Positions 13,385 through 26,700 of a stretch of 64,000 bases of DNA are shown piece after piece (position 1 is the first letter of the stretch; each line of letters opens with the position of its first letter). This stretch comes from the human T2T-CHM13v2.0 reference genome, Homo sapiens. The DNA lies in the NCBI RefSeq assembly GCF_009914755.1, contig NC_060940.1. One strand, given 5' to 3'. The position numbers were made by a program, and so were the translations under genes. The notes beneath the pieces are model-generated. The model saw only the letters and a program-made list of their open reading frames with translations, had not been told where the DNA came from and did not search any database.

Positions 13385-14060
13385 ATATGCCAGTTAACAA
13401 TGTATTGCCTCTCAGCTCCAAATTCACCTTTACCACCTGCCTTGTGAAAATGGATCAGGCCCTTGAAACAGTTTCCTTTGCCAGCTGACACGATGTTAAG
13501 CTTTGCTCAGTAGAGGGCGCCAGGGAGACGTTTCCGCTTTGGTTCTGGTCTTCCGGCTAGGTAGGTTTCTGCAGGGTGGACGACTTCTCCAGCGCAGGTT
13601 CCTGTAGCGCATGGCAGCCAGCAGCGTCCCAAGACACCATCTTTGGTAGTTTTGTAGCAGTGACTCTAGTGAGACACCTCTCCATGAACAACGTTCCCCA
13701 ACACCTCAGAAGATGGATTTCTGGCAAGGTTTAGAGGGCAGATTTCCAGAAAGTTCTACAAAGGCAGCACTACAGCAACTTCTTTGCCCTTCAGTGAGTC
13801 ACAGCCATGACCTGTCCAACTAGGACCTGACCTCACCCTGTGGGTAGAGGGTCTCCCTTGGACGCTCCAGCTCAGCCCTGCAGGCAGTAGCTGCTGCGTA
13901 GGTCGGCTCTTTCTGTATTCTTCAGAGTTTTCTTTGCTTTTTCCTAGTGAACCCCTCACTGCCCCAATATCCCATTTTAGTTAATAATGATGTATTTTAA
14001 ACTTTATCTGTTCAAATTATTGCATAGTTTTTCTCCCTTGATAGGACTCTTACTGTGCAT
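13385..14060 (+). mobile_element. LTR41-family ERVL LTR
   Basis: tattgcctctcagctccaaattcacc...tttgccagctg...gttaagctttgctcagtagagggcgc matches the LTR41 5' part as I recall it. Confidence 0.75.
13504..13522 (+). promoter_or_regulatory. CTCF motif TGCTCAGTAGAGGGCGCCA inside LTR41
   Basis: Matches CCASYAGRKGGCRS with one mismatch. Confidence 0.65.
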
Positions 14061-14109
14061 AAATTCTCCAGCTCCTTTGGCGTTTGGCTGGAGTAAGTTT
14101 GAGGCATGC

Positions 14110-14456
<347 letters not shown>

Positions 14457-14929
14457 TAATACTGGCTCCAGGGTATCCCCAGTGGCTTGTTAAAAAAATA
14501 CATCATGGGCTGCTTTTCCTTTCTTGCTGTGGGAATGTAAAAGGACCTGATGAGGATGAAAGACACGACTTGTTGACAGCCCTGGGAGTCTAGAAGGAGG
14601 TGGAAGTCAGAAATGTTGCAGTTGTTCAGAACGAATTCCTACTACTGTAACTAGGCCAGTGCTGGCATGGAAATAGAGATTACCTACACACCCCAAAGGG
14701 GGCTTAGGCCTGCATGCACCTGGTGATTGAATGTGAGATCGAGAGGGCTTTCCAGCAATAGAAATATACACCTTCCTATTGCTCCAAGATGCCAAGCAGA
14801 AAGTCAACATACATTTGAATAGGTTCTATCAAAAGAACAATTCCTTCTCTGATGTGGATCATGAAGTAGCAATTATTCTATCTCTGTTCCCATGCAAGCT
14901 AAGCGTATGCATAGAGATGACCATTTCTG

Positions 14930-15706
14930 GGTTATGTCTATGTCATAAACTTGTTTAATGCAGTTGCTGCCTTGGCATCCATTGTTAGGCCTGACATAAG
15001 TTGTTTGAAGTCCAGTTGTACCCTGTCACCTTTGGTCTAGTTAAAACTTCCTCTCCCCATGTGGCTGTTTGCAATATAGCCCACTTGTTCCTCATCCCAC
15101 TGAACCCAAACCCAACATATCCCACAGTTGCTGACTGTGATAAAACCCAGTGGCCAACACCAGAGTCGTGTAGGTAAGTTCCCTTTCTCACACGTATTTT
15201 CCTTAAACTAGCAAATTCACAACCCCCTGTGGAAAGCCTAAGTGAGAACACTCCTGGAGCCCCTAGACCTTGATAAAGGCGTGCTCCTGCTGGTCATCTC
15301 TCATGTCATGCATTTCGTTTTCCCATTTTCCTTCTGTCTCTCCTGACTGGCACACCTGAACCTTAACTAGGACATAAGGAGAATAGGAAACCAAAATGCA
15401 AGGTCCAGGGGCTCCAGGAGTGTTATCACTTACAACACGCTCTCCTAGAGAGTGGCTATCTTGGCAGAAATAAACTGGACACAGATCAGACAAGAGCCAC
15501 AAAGCGTGTCTGCTGGATTTCCTTTGAGAGAGACAGCTGGCTATGGATCAGACTCAGGCATTAGGCTGTCAATCAGGATAAAGAAGCATCATGTGAAAGA
15601 CACACTGTAAACACCTGTGAACATCTCCCCTGGAGCCCTAGCAGGGCCAAGCTTTATCGCCACTCTCCAGAGAGTCCTGAAGAGCAAATTAGAGGAAAAT
15701 CTCAAC
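14930..15706 (+). mobile_element. ERVL-class LTR of the MER73/MER54/MER74 group
   Basis: ggcctgacataagttgtttgaa...gttaaaacttcc and gacacagatcagacaagagccaca...aaattagaggaaaatctcaaca; exact family uncertain. Confidence 0.65.
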
Positions 15707-15771
15707 AGTACAGTTATTCATCTGAAGAAAGGCTAGAGAACAAAAGTAATAAGCATCAGAAACACACTTGT

Positions 15772-16132
15772 TGGTATGGTTTGGCTTTGTGTCCCCACCC
15801 AAATCTCATCTCAAATTATAATCCCCATGTGTCAGGATAGGAACTTGGTGGAGGGAGGTCGTTGGATCATGGGGGCAGTTTCCCCCTTGCTGTTAGTGTG
15901 ACAGTGAGGGAGTTCTCACGAGATCTGATGGTTTACAAGGTGCAGTTTCCCCTTCTCTCTTTCTCCTGCTGCTGCCATGTAAGAAGTGCCTTGCTTCCCC
16001 CTTCGTCTCCCACCATGATTGTAAGTTTCCTGAGGCATTCCCAGCCATGCAGAAAGGTGAGTCAATTAAACCTCTTCATTATAAATTATTCAGTCTCAGG
16101 TATTTATAGCAGTGTGAAAATGGACTAATACA
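15772..16132 (+). mobile_element. THE1/MST MaLR solo LTR with TSD CTTGT
   Basis: tggtatggtttggct..gtccccacccaaatctcatc...ggactaataca; TSD at 15767-15771 and 16133-16137. Confidence 0.92.
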
Positions 16133-16379
16133 CTTGTGTTAGTAACTGCAAGCTTTGGAACCCCTGTGTATCTGCTGTCACCCACTGATTCTCAAACTGC
16201 ACTACATGCTACAATCAATAGCGGTGCTACAAAGTGCCCGGAATCCCTTTCAGAAGGTATAATTCACTCAGTTTGGGATAATGCCCGAGTATATTTATTT
16301 TAAAAATTTTCAGTTGGTTATGTGCAGTTGGAGTTGCAAACCATTTATCCAGACATAAAAGGATACCTATTGACTAAGA

Positions 16380-16560
16380 TAGTGCTTCTGGAAATGTGAT
16401 CCCTGGAATAACAGCATCAGCATCACCTGGGAACTTATTAGAGATGCAAATTATTGGGTCCCACCCCAGATCTATTGAATTGGAAACTGGGGCAGAGCCC
16501 AGCAATTTGGGTTTAACAAGCCTGCCAGGTGATTCTAATGCCCAGGTTTGAGAATTCTTG
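16380..16560. mobile_element. MER5A hAT-Charlie MITE (second MER5-like relic at ~16180-16350)
   Basis: cagcatcagcatcacctgggaacttattagagatgcaaatt...caggtgattctaatgc..gtttgagaa. Confidence 0.8.
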
Positions 16561-16624
16561 AACTATCACAAGGAAGAGTTCCTGAATTCTTCCACTTTTT
16601 GTGATGGAATAAAAATAAAAATAC

Positions 16625-16790
16625 CCTTTGGAGTCAGGAATTTTGGGTTCAAACCTGGAATCTTCCTCACAATTAAAAGTGTGACCCAGGACAAATTATT
16701 TTGCTCTCTAATCTTCAATTACATCACTTGTAAATTAGAAAGTCAGATAATCCCAGTTTTAATAATGTTGTTGTGAAGATAAAATAAGAT
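16625..16790. mobile_element. MIR relic
   Basis: ggagtcagg..tgggttcaaacctgg...gtgacccaggacaaattatt...gttgttgtgaagat. Confidence 0.6.
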
Positions 16791-17539
16791 GTCACTTTCT
16801 CTCCCTTCCACATTAAGGGGATTATGAAGTCTGTGCTTTGATGGGAATGATAGGCATATCTATGTGTTCACCCTGGATCCCAGCTAAGAATACTAAATAG
16901 TCTGTCAATGTAATACTTTTTATCAGTGGCTTAGATATTTCCCCAAAGTGTGGGACAACAATCACTTGTGATCTATGTGGCACTGGTGCTCAATAGCATT
17001 GAATCACATGGTAGAATGTTTTTCTCCGTTCAAAAATTTCCAAAGATTGTTTAAATACATTTTTTAAAAACATCTTATTTTAGTTTAAAGTGCCTGAAAC
17101 ACATCTCTAAACTTCTAATGTCCCCTTTAAAATAAAGCCTTTGACAAGCAAATATATTTTTCTAGACTTTAATACATTTGTTTACCTTCTTTTGCAGACA
17201 AGTAGTACTAGCTTTTCATATATGATAATACAAATGTTTTAAAAATAAATTTAACAATGAGTTTACCGAAATAAACGCTTAAAACACACTACAAAGTTGT
17301 GACCAATGAAGGCATGCATCAATGTCACTGTTTTCCATACTTCAACGTGTGCAACAGAAATCCCAGCCTTAAATAGTTCATAGGGAGAGAGGAGGACTGG
17401 TATACGGAAACTCTGAAAACAGAGGTCAGAGTCAACATTCTTATAGGATTAGTGTGAATAATATATATGATGCCGAACTACCAGGGTTAGGGTATAAACA
17501 ATTTAGCGGAGGTTCCTGTGAAACAGATCTTGAGGGTTT

Positions 17540-17830
17540 AGATTACATTGTGCAAGAATGTTTGATAACTCTTTAAAACTGGTTTTGCACCTTAAACCAT
17601 TGATAGAACTCTAGTATGCAGAACAAGGAGATCATGGTTGTGCCAACTTGTCCCTGCTCAGGGCATTTTATAAAACTATAATAAACTCAGTTTGAGTTGA
17701 ATATTAACAAAATAAAGCCCATTCAGATGGAGGAAGGGGCTAGTAGGATAGAGGTTTTGAAGTGTAGATTACGAGAGCTAAGGCTGAAGGATTTAAGAAT
17801 ATTTATTCTGAAGAAGAGATACCTGGGTAC
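17540..17830 (+). mobile_element. L3/CR1 LINE relic
   Basis: Degenerate similarity to the CR1 3' region (aggctgaaggatttaagaatatttattctgaagaagaga). Confidence 0.4.
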
Positions 17831-18399
17831 TAAATATCATCTTTGTATATCTGAGCATATATCATGGGATAAAGGAACCAGAGAGGCAAATGAGGACTTG
17901 CTAACAGATACCACTGTCCAGCAGTAGAATCAGCAGCCACGTTGGATGGGGCAAGCTCCATAACCAGAGGCAATCCAACAGGGAAAGCAGCAGGTAACGA
18001 GCGTGCCAGAGCCAGTATGGATGATGGTTGGGATGTTAAGGTAAAGGCCTGATTGAAGTTCATGTGTGTGTTGGGCGGGGGGGAGTGTAGAAAGGGAATT
18101 CATATATGGAAAGTACCTGCTGTGTTACAGACTCTTACTAACACTTTGAGTCATCCTCTTGCCCATGAGGGGGCTGAGGCTCTGAGAAGTTTTGCAGCCT
18201 TCTGTAGTTCTCATAGCTAATACTGCATTTAAACTCAAGTCTATTGATCTTCACAACCATGCCACGCTTTATTCTGAACTCTGTTCCCTTCCAGCTCTGC
18301 ATTGTTGTTGCTTCCTCATGGGTTGTAACCCAGATAGAAGCCACAAAAGTATATTTCATGAATGGGTACTTTTTACGGTCTCTGGCTAAAGTCACCAGC

Positions 18400-18950
18400 A
18401 GCCAGTGTGGGAGAGAGAGCTTGAAGTCCCTGCTACCAAACCCAATGCCAAGTCAAGCCCCCCTGGATACCTGATAGAGAACATCTGTACCCAAATGCTG
18501 TCAGTCAGGGTGAATGTTGCACTGCACCACCTGGATCCCACTTTGGGAACAGAGGGCTTATTCCTGCAGCTGCTAGCAGTACTGCTGCTGCTGGAAAGTT
18601 GCCCTCAGTGTCAGTCCCCTTCAAGAACCCCCTCAGCAAGGGTCAACTCCGTTAAAGTTATGCCTCTTCTTGGGGGAGGCCACATGCAATAACCATTTGG
18701 CTTAGAAGTGTAAAAAAGCCCACGGGTCATGAAGGCCTGACCCTCGTGGCTGAACATGGGGTGGCTTGGAATGGCCAACCCATCTTAAAACTCTCCATGA
18801 GGGTGGCTAATGCTTCCATTGAAATTTCTCCCTCTGCTCAATCCTGCTTCCTTTCTTTCCCTTTCTTTCTCTTCCATGGGAGTTGATCCCAAGATCAGTC
18901 CCTAATCAACATTCAGAATGCTGATCTCCATTTCAGAGTCAGCTCCAGCA
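18400..18950 (+). mobile_element. LTR16-like ERVL LTR relic
   Basis: ctctgctcaatcctgcttcc...gttgatcccaag...atctccatttcagagtc as the 3' end. Confidence 0.5.
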
Positions 18951-19044
18951 GTCAGCTGCAAAATCTCAGCTCAGCATCTTCCCATGTGGCTTGTCTTCCG
19001 TTTCAATTGTTCAAATAAATAAGAGGTCTGGCTACTGAACTGTA

Positions 19045-19500
19045 CTCATTCATTTATTCTTTCATTCAACAAATACTTAACCACCAGCAACGTGGCAGTG
19101 AGTGCACTAGGCACTACTAGAACTACTGTAATGAGGAAGGATTCTGTTCTAGCCCTCAATGAGCTAACAGGGAAGAAAGACCATCAGCAAATAATTACAT
19201 AAAGAATGATGTGATGACTTTATGAGAAGGGTTTTGAAGAACTGCAGGGCACTACCAGTGAGATCACAGGAGTCTAGTCTAATTTAGAGAAATCAGTAAG
19301 ATCCTCTGAACATGGTGACATTTAATCTGAGACCTAAAGACTAAAGGAGGTGGGTATATGGGAGACGGGGTAATTCTAAACAGAATTAACAGCATTAGGC
19401 AGAAAGGATATTTGTATATTTGAGAGAAAGAAAAGCCTGATTGGCAACCACACAGTGAAAGAAACAAATGAAAATGAGGCTTGCACAGATACTATAGGGA
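19045..19500 (-). mobile_element. L2 LINE 3' fragment
   Basis: tcattcatttattctttcattcaacaaatactta...ggcact, the reverse complement of an L2 tail. Confidence 0.6.
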
Positions 19501-19628
19501 CTTATAAAATTTTTTTGGTACAATTATAAGCATGAAATAGTTTTATGATGTGACTTGGACTGATGTTGTTTCACATTATTTAATTCTACCAAGAATTGTG
19601 TGCATTGTTTGCCATTTCCCCACCACCC

Positions 19629-19918
19629 TTTTTTTTGAAACAGAGTTTTGTTCTTGTTGCCCAGGCTGGAGTGCAGTGGCGTGATCTCGGCTCACTGCAC
19701 ATCCGCCTCCTGGATTCAAGCAATTCTCCTGCTTCAGCCTCCTGAGTAGCTGGGATTACAGGTGCACACCATCACGCCTGGCTAATTTTTGTATTTTTAG
19801 TAGAGATGGGGTTTCACCAGGTTGGCCAGACTGGTCTCGAACTCCTGACCTCAGGTAATCACCCTGCCTTGGCCTCCTAAAGTGCTAGGATTACTGGCAT
19901 GAGCCACCACGCCCAGTC
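19629..19918 (-). mobile_element. AluS
   Basis: Full Alu reverse complement. Confidence 0.95.
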
Positions 19919-20358
19919 TTTTCCCCCCTTTTTTTTTAATAGATGGGGGAGGAAACCTAATTTCTGAGAGATTCTGTGTTTTGTTCAAGGTCAAAAAACA
20001 GCTCAAATAGGTCAAAGGAGGCCCACCTGGATCCAAAATCTATATACCTTCCACTATATCATATGAGAGTCCTCTGACTGTCTTTAGGGGAATGACATTT
20101 TCCATTTGAGTCAATGGAAGCTATAGCTTTACAGAGTAATGACCTTTACCTTATACCCTATTTTAATTCCCTTTAAGCCTGAGGGCCCTTGAATAGTTGG
20201 TTTCTACAAAAATGAAGCTGAAAAACAATTACCAAAATATACTAACGACCTCCATGCTATAAAATTATTCACGAGCTAGACCACGGCGAGACTTCTCTAA
20301 CAAATCCACATCATCCATTTCAAATTTTTAAATTAAATTGATGGCTCTTTAGCTCTGA

Positions 20359-20686
<328 letters not shown>

Positions 20687-22493
20687 TGATATGTCACTTT
20701 TAAAATTCCAAAGGCCCTTTTCCATGAAAGGATCCAGGAATTACTGGCTTCCGATCACCCTTCACAGTCCTTTGTTCATTTTGCTGAACTAGGGTTGCCA
20801 TTAGAATGGTTCACTGAAGCTCATTCATTCCGGACATTGCCCAGGTGTCCTGCTGTGAAGAAAATTGATATTTTTATTGTGGCTCTTTCAGTTTGCATTG
20901 CAAAGGCAAGTATTTTTGAAATTTTGAAATAGAACTTATAATACTGTGTTAAATTCCTATTGCTTATTTCCTCATATCTGCCGGCTGTGTTCTCACGTCC
21001 ATCTTTGTGTTTTCTGGAGCGCCAATATCCTAGCTCAGATTGGCATTGCCACTTACATGGCTACGGGAGAACTTCATTTCCCACTCTGCCTCTAGCCTTG
21101 TTCATTTCCATTTGTCAGTCACATTGTAGTCAGAACTAATTCACTTATAGCTCTTTACTTCTCTGGTTTCCCATGAACTACAGGGTCAAATCCGAAAACT
21201 TTATTCCAGAATGCAAGTCCCTCTCTAATGGTCTTATGTGAACCTACCTTTCCAGCCATACATCCCACTACTACCTCTCACCATTCTGGACCCCTCCCTG
21301 TCCACCCGCAACTCATGCAAGGCAAGATTTCTTTTCGAATATGACTTTTCTCCCTGCATGGTGTTTACTCTGATTGTATTTTATCTTCAAACACCAGAAG
21401 CTATTCATTTTTAAGTGCCCCTTTATCACATAGCCTTCCTTGACCTCTCTGAGAGCAACCTCTGTTTCCTCTGTGTTTCATCATCAAACTACTTATACCA
21501 TGTCTAGATGAAGTATGATCATTGATGTTATACACCTTCGTGTGCTGGCTGAGAGCTTACATTCTAAGAAATGAGGTTATACCTTATTAATTTTCATATT
21601 ATCTCAATAATAAGTATAACAAGTTACTGAGTAATTGCTGTAAGAGGAGAACATCTTTGGAGCATCTAACCAACTCACCATGATTTTTAAAAAATCATCT
21701 CCCTCTATCAACAGCACTACATGGTGCTATCATTCCCAACAGTCATGTCGTCAAATGTAATTTTGCTCAATTCACTTGCAGGCATCTGAAGATTATGAAA
21801 TTTAAAAATAAAATGTAATCACTCACGTGCTTAGTGGCAGGCCCTCTGCTTAATGTTATTGCATAAGCATCAGTCATTCGGGTATGGTCTTTTCCCATTG
21901 TGTCATTATAGGTCTTATAGACATTAAAAGAACAATAAAAGTGTGTGTGTTTGTGAGCTAAATGACTTCGGAGAGCAAATTAAAACATTTAGATGAGATG
22001 GACAAATTTCTTGAAATATGCAAATCCCTTAAACTGATGCAGGAGGAAATAGAAAATCTGAATAGCTCCATACCTAAATCATTATTTGGAAAAAGTTAAA
22101 ATTAGGCCCATGTCTCACCATCCACCACAAGAACAAGCAAATAAAGGATCTAATGTAATAATATGAAAGCATACAAGTGCTAGATGGAAACACGGGTGAA
22201 TTTCTCTTTATTCTGATGTAGGAAAAGGCTTTCTGGCTATGACTCAAAACCCAGAGGTGATAACTTTGACTACATAAAAAAATTTGCATGGAAAGAAATA
22301 CCATAAATGTTCAAAAATATGTTACATATATTATGGATAAAGATTTAATATCTATAATATATAAAAAACTCTTGAAAGAATAAATTTCAAAAATGAGAAT
22401 TCTTTAAAATATAAACAGCAAGAATCAAGACTGCTTATGCAGAATTATAAATATGTAAAAATAACAGCAAAATAATGAAAAGGAAATAAACTA

Positions 22494-22758
22494 TTTTTTT
22501 TTTTTCCAGATGGAGTTTCACTCTTGTCACCCAGGCTGGAGTATGGTGGTGCCATCTTGGCTCACTGTAACCTCTCCCTCCCAGGTTGAAGTGATTCTCC
22601 TGCCTCAGCCTCCCGAGTAGCTGGGATTACAGGCACCCGTCACCAAGCCTGGCTAATTTTTTGTGTCTTTAGTAGAGACGGGGCTTCACCATGTTGGGCA
22701 AGCTGGTCTCAAACTCCTCACCTCAGGTGATCTGCCCGTCTTAGCCTCCTAGAGTGCT
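22494..22758 (-). mobile_element. Alu, 5'-truncated
   Basis: Alu reverse complement. Confidence 0.92.
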
Positions 22759-23130
22759 ATAGTTATGAAATAATGACAATTGCTACTTTTTTCCTTTTTT
22801 CTACTTCTCTGTGTTTTTGAAATACACTAAGTACATCTTTCTTTTATAAGCAAATAGATGTTATTATAATAAAAAATGTTAAAAGACACAAAGAGATACC
22901 ATTACAGGCTCACTAATGTGTAAAAATATTAATACACATTGTGGGGAGGTTGTAAAATAACCGGAACACTCAAACATCGCTGGTAGAAGCACAAAGTGGT
23001 GCAAACACTTTGAAAAACGGGTAGTTTCTTCTAAATTTAAACACATATTTACCATGACTCAGAAATTCCCCTCCGTGGTATTTACCCAAGAGAAATGAAA
23101 ATACATAGCTTCATTAAAAAGTATACGTAA

Positions 23131-23515
<385 letters not shown>

Positions 23516-24149
23516 TCAGGCCACTCTCATAACCACAAAGATAATGGGAAAATAGAGCAGGAAAATACTTTGATATACTTAATTTCTGTGAAAAAAACAG
23601 GATGTTTTTCTGATGTCTGTTTCTTGGAGACAAGTAATTGTTCATCTCATTATCGCCTCAGACGAGAAACAAAGCAAATAAGAAATGAGATCGTTCTAAT
23701 CCTTCTATATTTTTGCCCAAATCTTAAGCCACAGAGTAAATAAGATTCTCGGGTATGGATGAAAATAGGGCTACTTTGTCAAAAGTGGAGTATAAAAAAG
23801 AGATGCTTTCTCACAGATGAGAAAGAGCTTCCTCTGGGTTGGGAAGGGAGTGAGGGAGGAGAGAAGCCCTGGACTTGGACGAGGAGTCCCAGGTTTATGC
23901 GGTGTTTACAAAGAAGTTGCAGGACTGAAAGGGACGTGCCCAGTGGCATATTTATACAAACATGGGATTGGCAAAGAGGCTCCCCCCCCAGCCCCCCCCA
24001 CCCACATCCTGCGCACACCATGGAAATGGCCAAGGACCTCTTGAAAGGTCCAGAATTCACAGATCTCTCAAAAATCACCTGGTAGAATAGCTGGCCAAGA
24101 ACCAAACGAACCTCCACACTGTAACTCCTAACATCACCCTTAGAGGTTA

Positions 24150-24768
24150 TGTCAGAGGCCTTTGAACCAGAGCGACTCCATCTTGAATAGGGGCTGGGTA
24201 AAATAAGGCTGAGACTTTGCTGGGTTGTATTCCCAGGAGGTTAGGCATTTTAAGTCACAGGATGAGATTAGGAGGTCAAACATCACAAACACCTTCCTGA
24301 TAAAACAGCTTGCAGTAAAGAAGCTGGCCACACCCACCAAAACCAAGATGACAATGAAAGTGACCTCTGGTCGTCCTCACTGCTCATTATACATTAATTA
24401 CAATGCATTGCCATACTAAAACACACTCCTACCAATGCCATCACAGTTTACAAATGCTATGGCAATGTCAGGGAGTTACCTTATATGGACTAAAAACGGG
24501 AGGAAACCTCAGTTCTGGGAATTGCCTACACCTTACCCAAAAAACTCATGAATAATCCACCCCATGTTTAGCATGTAATCAAGAAGTAACACTAAGTCTG
24601 AGCAGCTGAGCGGCCCAAGCCGCTGCTCTGCCTATGGAGTAGCCGTTCTTTATTCCTTTACTTTCCTGATAAACTTGCTTTCGCTTTATGGATTCACCTC
24701 TAATTCTTTCCCGCGGGAGACTCAAGAACCCTCTCTTGGGTCTGGATCAGGACCCCTCTCCGGTAACA
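24150..24768 (+). mobile_element. MER41 (MER41B-length) ERV1 solo LTR
   Basis: tgtcagaggcctttgaaccagagcgactccatcttgaatagggg...gacccctctccggtaaca; 619 bp; TSD gtta/gttg. Confidence 0.9.
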
Positions 24769-24843
24769 GTTGGAGCATATAATTACCACCCACCTGTCAA
24801 AATGTGGGCCACCCGAAAATAAGTTAGTTATAAAAATTAAAGC

Positions 24844-25222
24844 TGATATGGTTTGGATTTGTATTCCCACCCAAATCTCCAATGTCGAATTGGGGGAGGG
24901 GCCTGGTGGGAGGTGATTGGATCTTGCACGTCAGCGTCCCCCTTGCTGTTCTCACGATACTGAGTTCTCAGGAGATCTAATCCTTTAAACGTGTGTGGCA
25001 CCTCCCCCTTCTTACTCACTCTCCTGCTCTGCCCTGGTAAGACGCCCCAGTAAGACGATGCTTGCTTCCCCTTCGCCTTCTGCCATGATTTTAAGTTTCC
25101 TGAAGCCTCTCAGCCATGCTTCCAGTTAAGCCTGCGGAACTGTGAGTCAGTGAAACCTCTTTTTTTCATAAGTTACCCCGTCTCAGATAGTTCCTTGTAA
25201 CAATGGGAGAACGGACTATACA
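24844..25222 (+). mobile_element. MST (MSTA-like) MaLR LTR
   Basis: tgatatggtttggatttgtattcccacccaaatctc...gaacggactataca. Confidence 0.88.
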
Positions 25223-25791
25223 AAGAGTGCAGCTTTTTTCACACCTGTGTGGACTGAGATTAATACTGTCTACATATACATGGCAGGTGTCTTCATTTTA
25301 ACCTAGGAGGATGTTTGAGGAATGATTTACACAGGTTTCCCTTGGGAAGACAGGATGAGGAGACATTTTCTTCATTTCATGCCATTTCCTTTAAATTAAT
25401 ACATGTTAAGCCTTTAAATAATTTTTTTAAAGCCAAAAGGAGAGGATTATGAGCTGCTTTTTGTTTTTAGTATTTATGTGTTTAATTTGTTCTATAAGTA
25501 CACACAAAGCCAAGTGAAAAGGTTCCAATAGAGGTTTGGGTGTGAGGCTTTAAGTGGCTTCTATTTTGCAAGGTTTCTATGAGGTTAAACAGTAAATATA
25601 ACAGTATATATTGCTTTAGAATACATATTTGTTTCCATGCATAAATAACATGGAAAAATTACTTTCTGGTAAAGTTGCTTAATTCCTACCACTGACAACA
25701 ACATCTTCACATAATTTGCTTCAGAATCATGTAGGGGCCTCAAAGACCAGAAAGAAAACAAGCAGCACAGGGTGGTTTGTAAAGTGCAGCA

Positions 25792-26120
25792 GGGTGGGTA
25801 CCGTGGCTCATGCCTGTAATCCCAGCAGTTTTGGAGGCTGATGCAGGAGAATCCTTTGAGGCCAGGAGTTTTAGACCAGCCTGGGCGACACAGTGAGACC
25901 CTCACCCCCACCACCTCTGCAAAATATATTTTTAAAATTAGCTGGGCGTGGTGGGTGCACCTGTGGTTCCCGCTATTCAAGAGGTTGAGGCATCAGGATC
26001 ACTTGAGTCCAGGGAGGTCCAGGCTGCAGTGAGCTGTGATTGTGCCACTGCACTCAAGCCTGCGTGACAGAGCAAGACCCTGTCTCAAAAAAACAAAATC
26101 GCAAAACAACAACAAAAAAA
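25792..26120 (+). mobile_element. AluJ
   Basis: AluJ features (gaggtccaggctgcagtgagctgtgat, gaccctgtctc). Confidence 0.9.
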
Positions 26121-26279
26121 CCCAACCACCCCCTCGCCAAACATACAAAAGTGCAGTGGTAAAGATTTGTGTAGGGGAAGGCGGGCCCAGAGGATGTTTT
26201 GAAGTCATCAGGGGCTCTGCTGGCAGCCAACTAGTCTTTCCTGTGTGTTTTCATGCCTTCCAAAAGTGGACCCTGGGAA

Positions 26280-26700
26280 TTCGGGCGAAAGTGGCCCAGT
26301 CCTTGTGGCTCCTAGCCTAGAACGCTGAATAGTCTGGAGATTTGCTGAAAGCGACTCTCACCAGGAGATGGCAGCGTCGGCTCAGAGATGCTCCAAGCGG
26401 TCCCAACCGCCTTGTGACGCCATGCAATATGTTCAGGGCACACCAGAGGGCGCTACGGCTTCGCGGCTGGGCACTGAGCCGGGCTGGCTCCGAGGCTTTC
26501 TTTGCGGAGCCTCCTGTCTCTGCTCCCCGACCCACATGTGCACCTACTAACCAAGAGCGCCCTGTTACTGTCCACGTAGGTGTGACTGCTCTGCGTAGAC
26601 ACACACCGCCCCCAAGCTGAGGCAAGGCCACTGAGCCACCAATTCCAAGCAAGGTTCAGAAGGAGCTGCCATCTTTTTAGCACCTCTTTTAGACTTAAGC
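26280..26700. promoter_or_regulatory. CpG-enriched unique element with tandem CTCF motifs and a YY1-like motif
   Basis: CCAGGAGATGGCAGC at 26361-26375, GGCACACCAGAGGGCGCTA at 26437-26455, GCTGCCATCTT at 26665-26675; locally elevated CpG. Confidence 0.7.
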
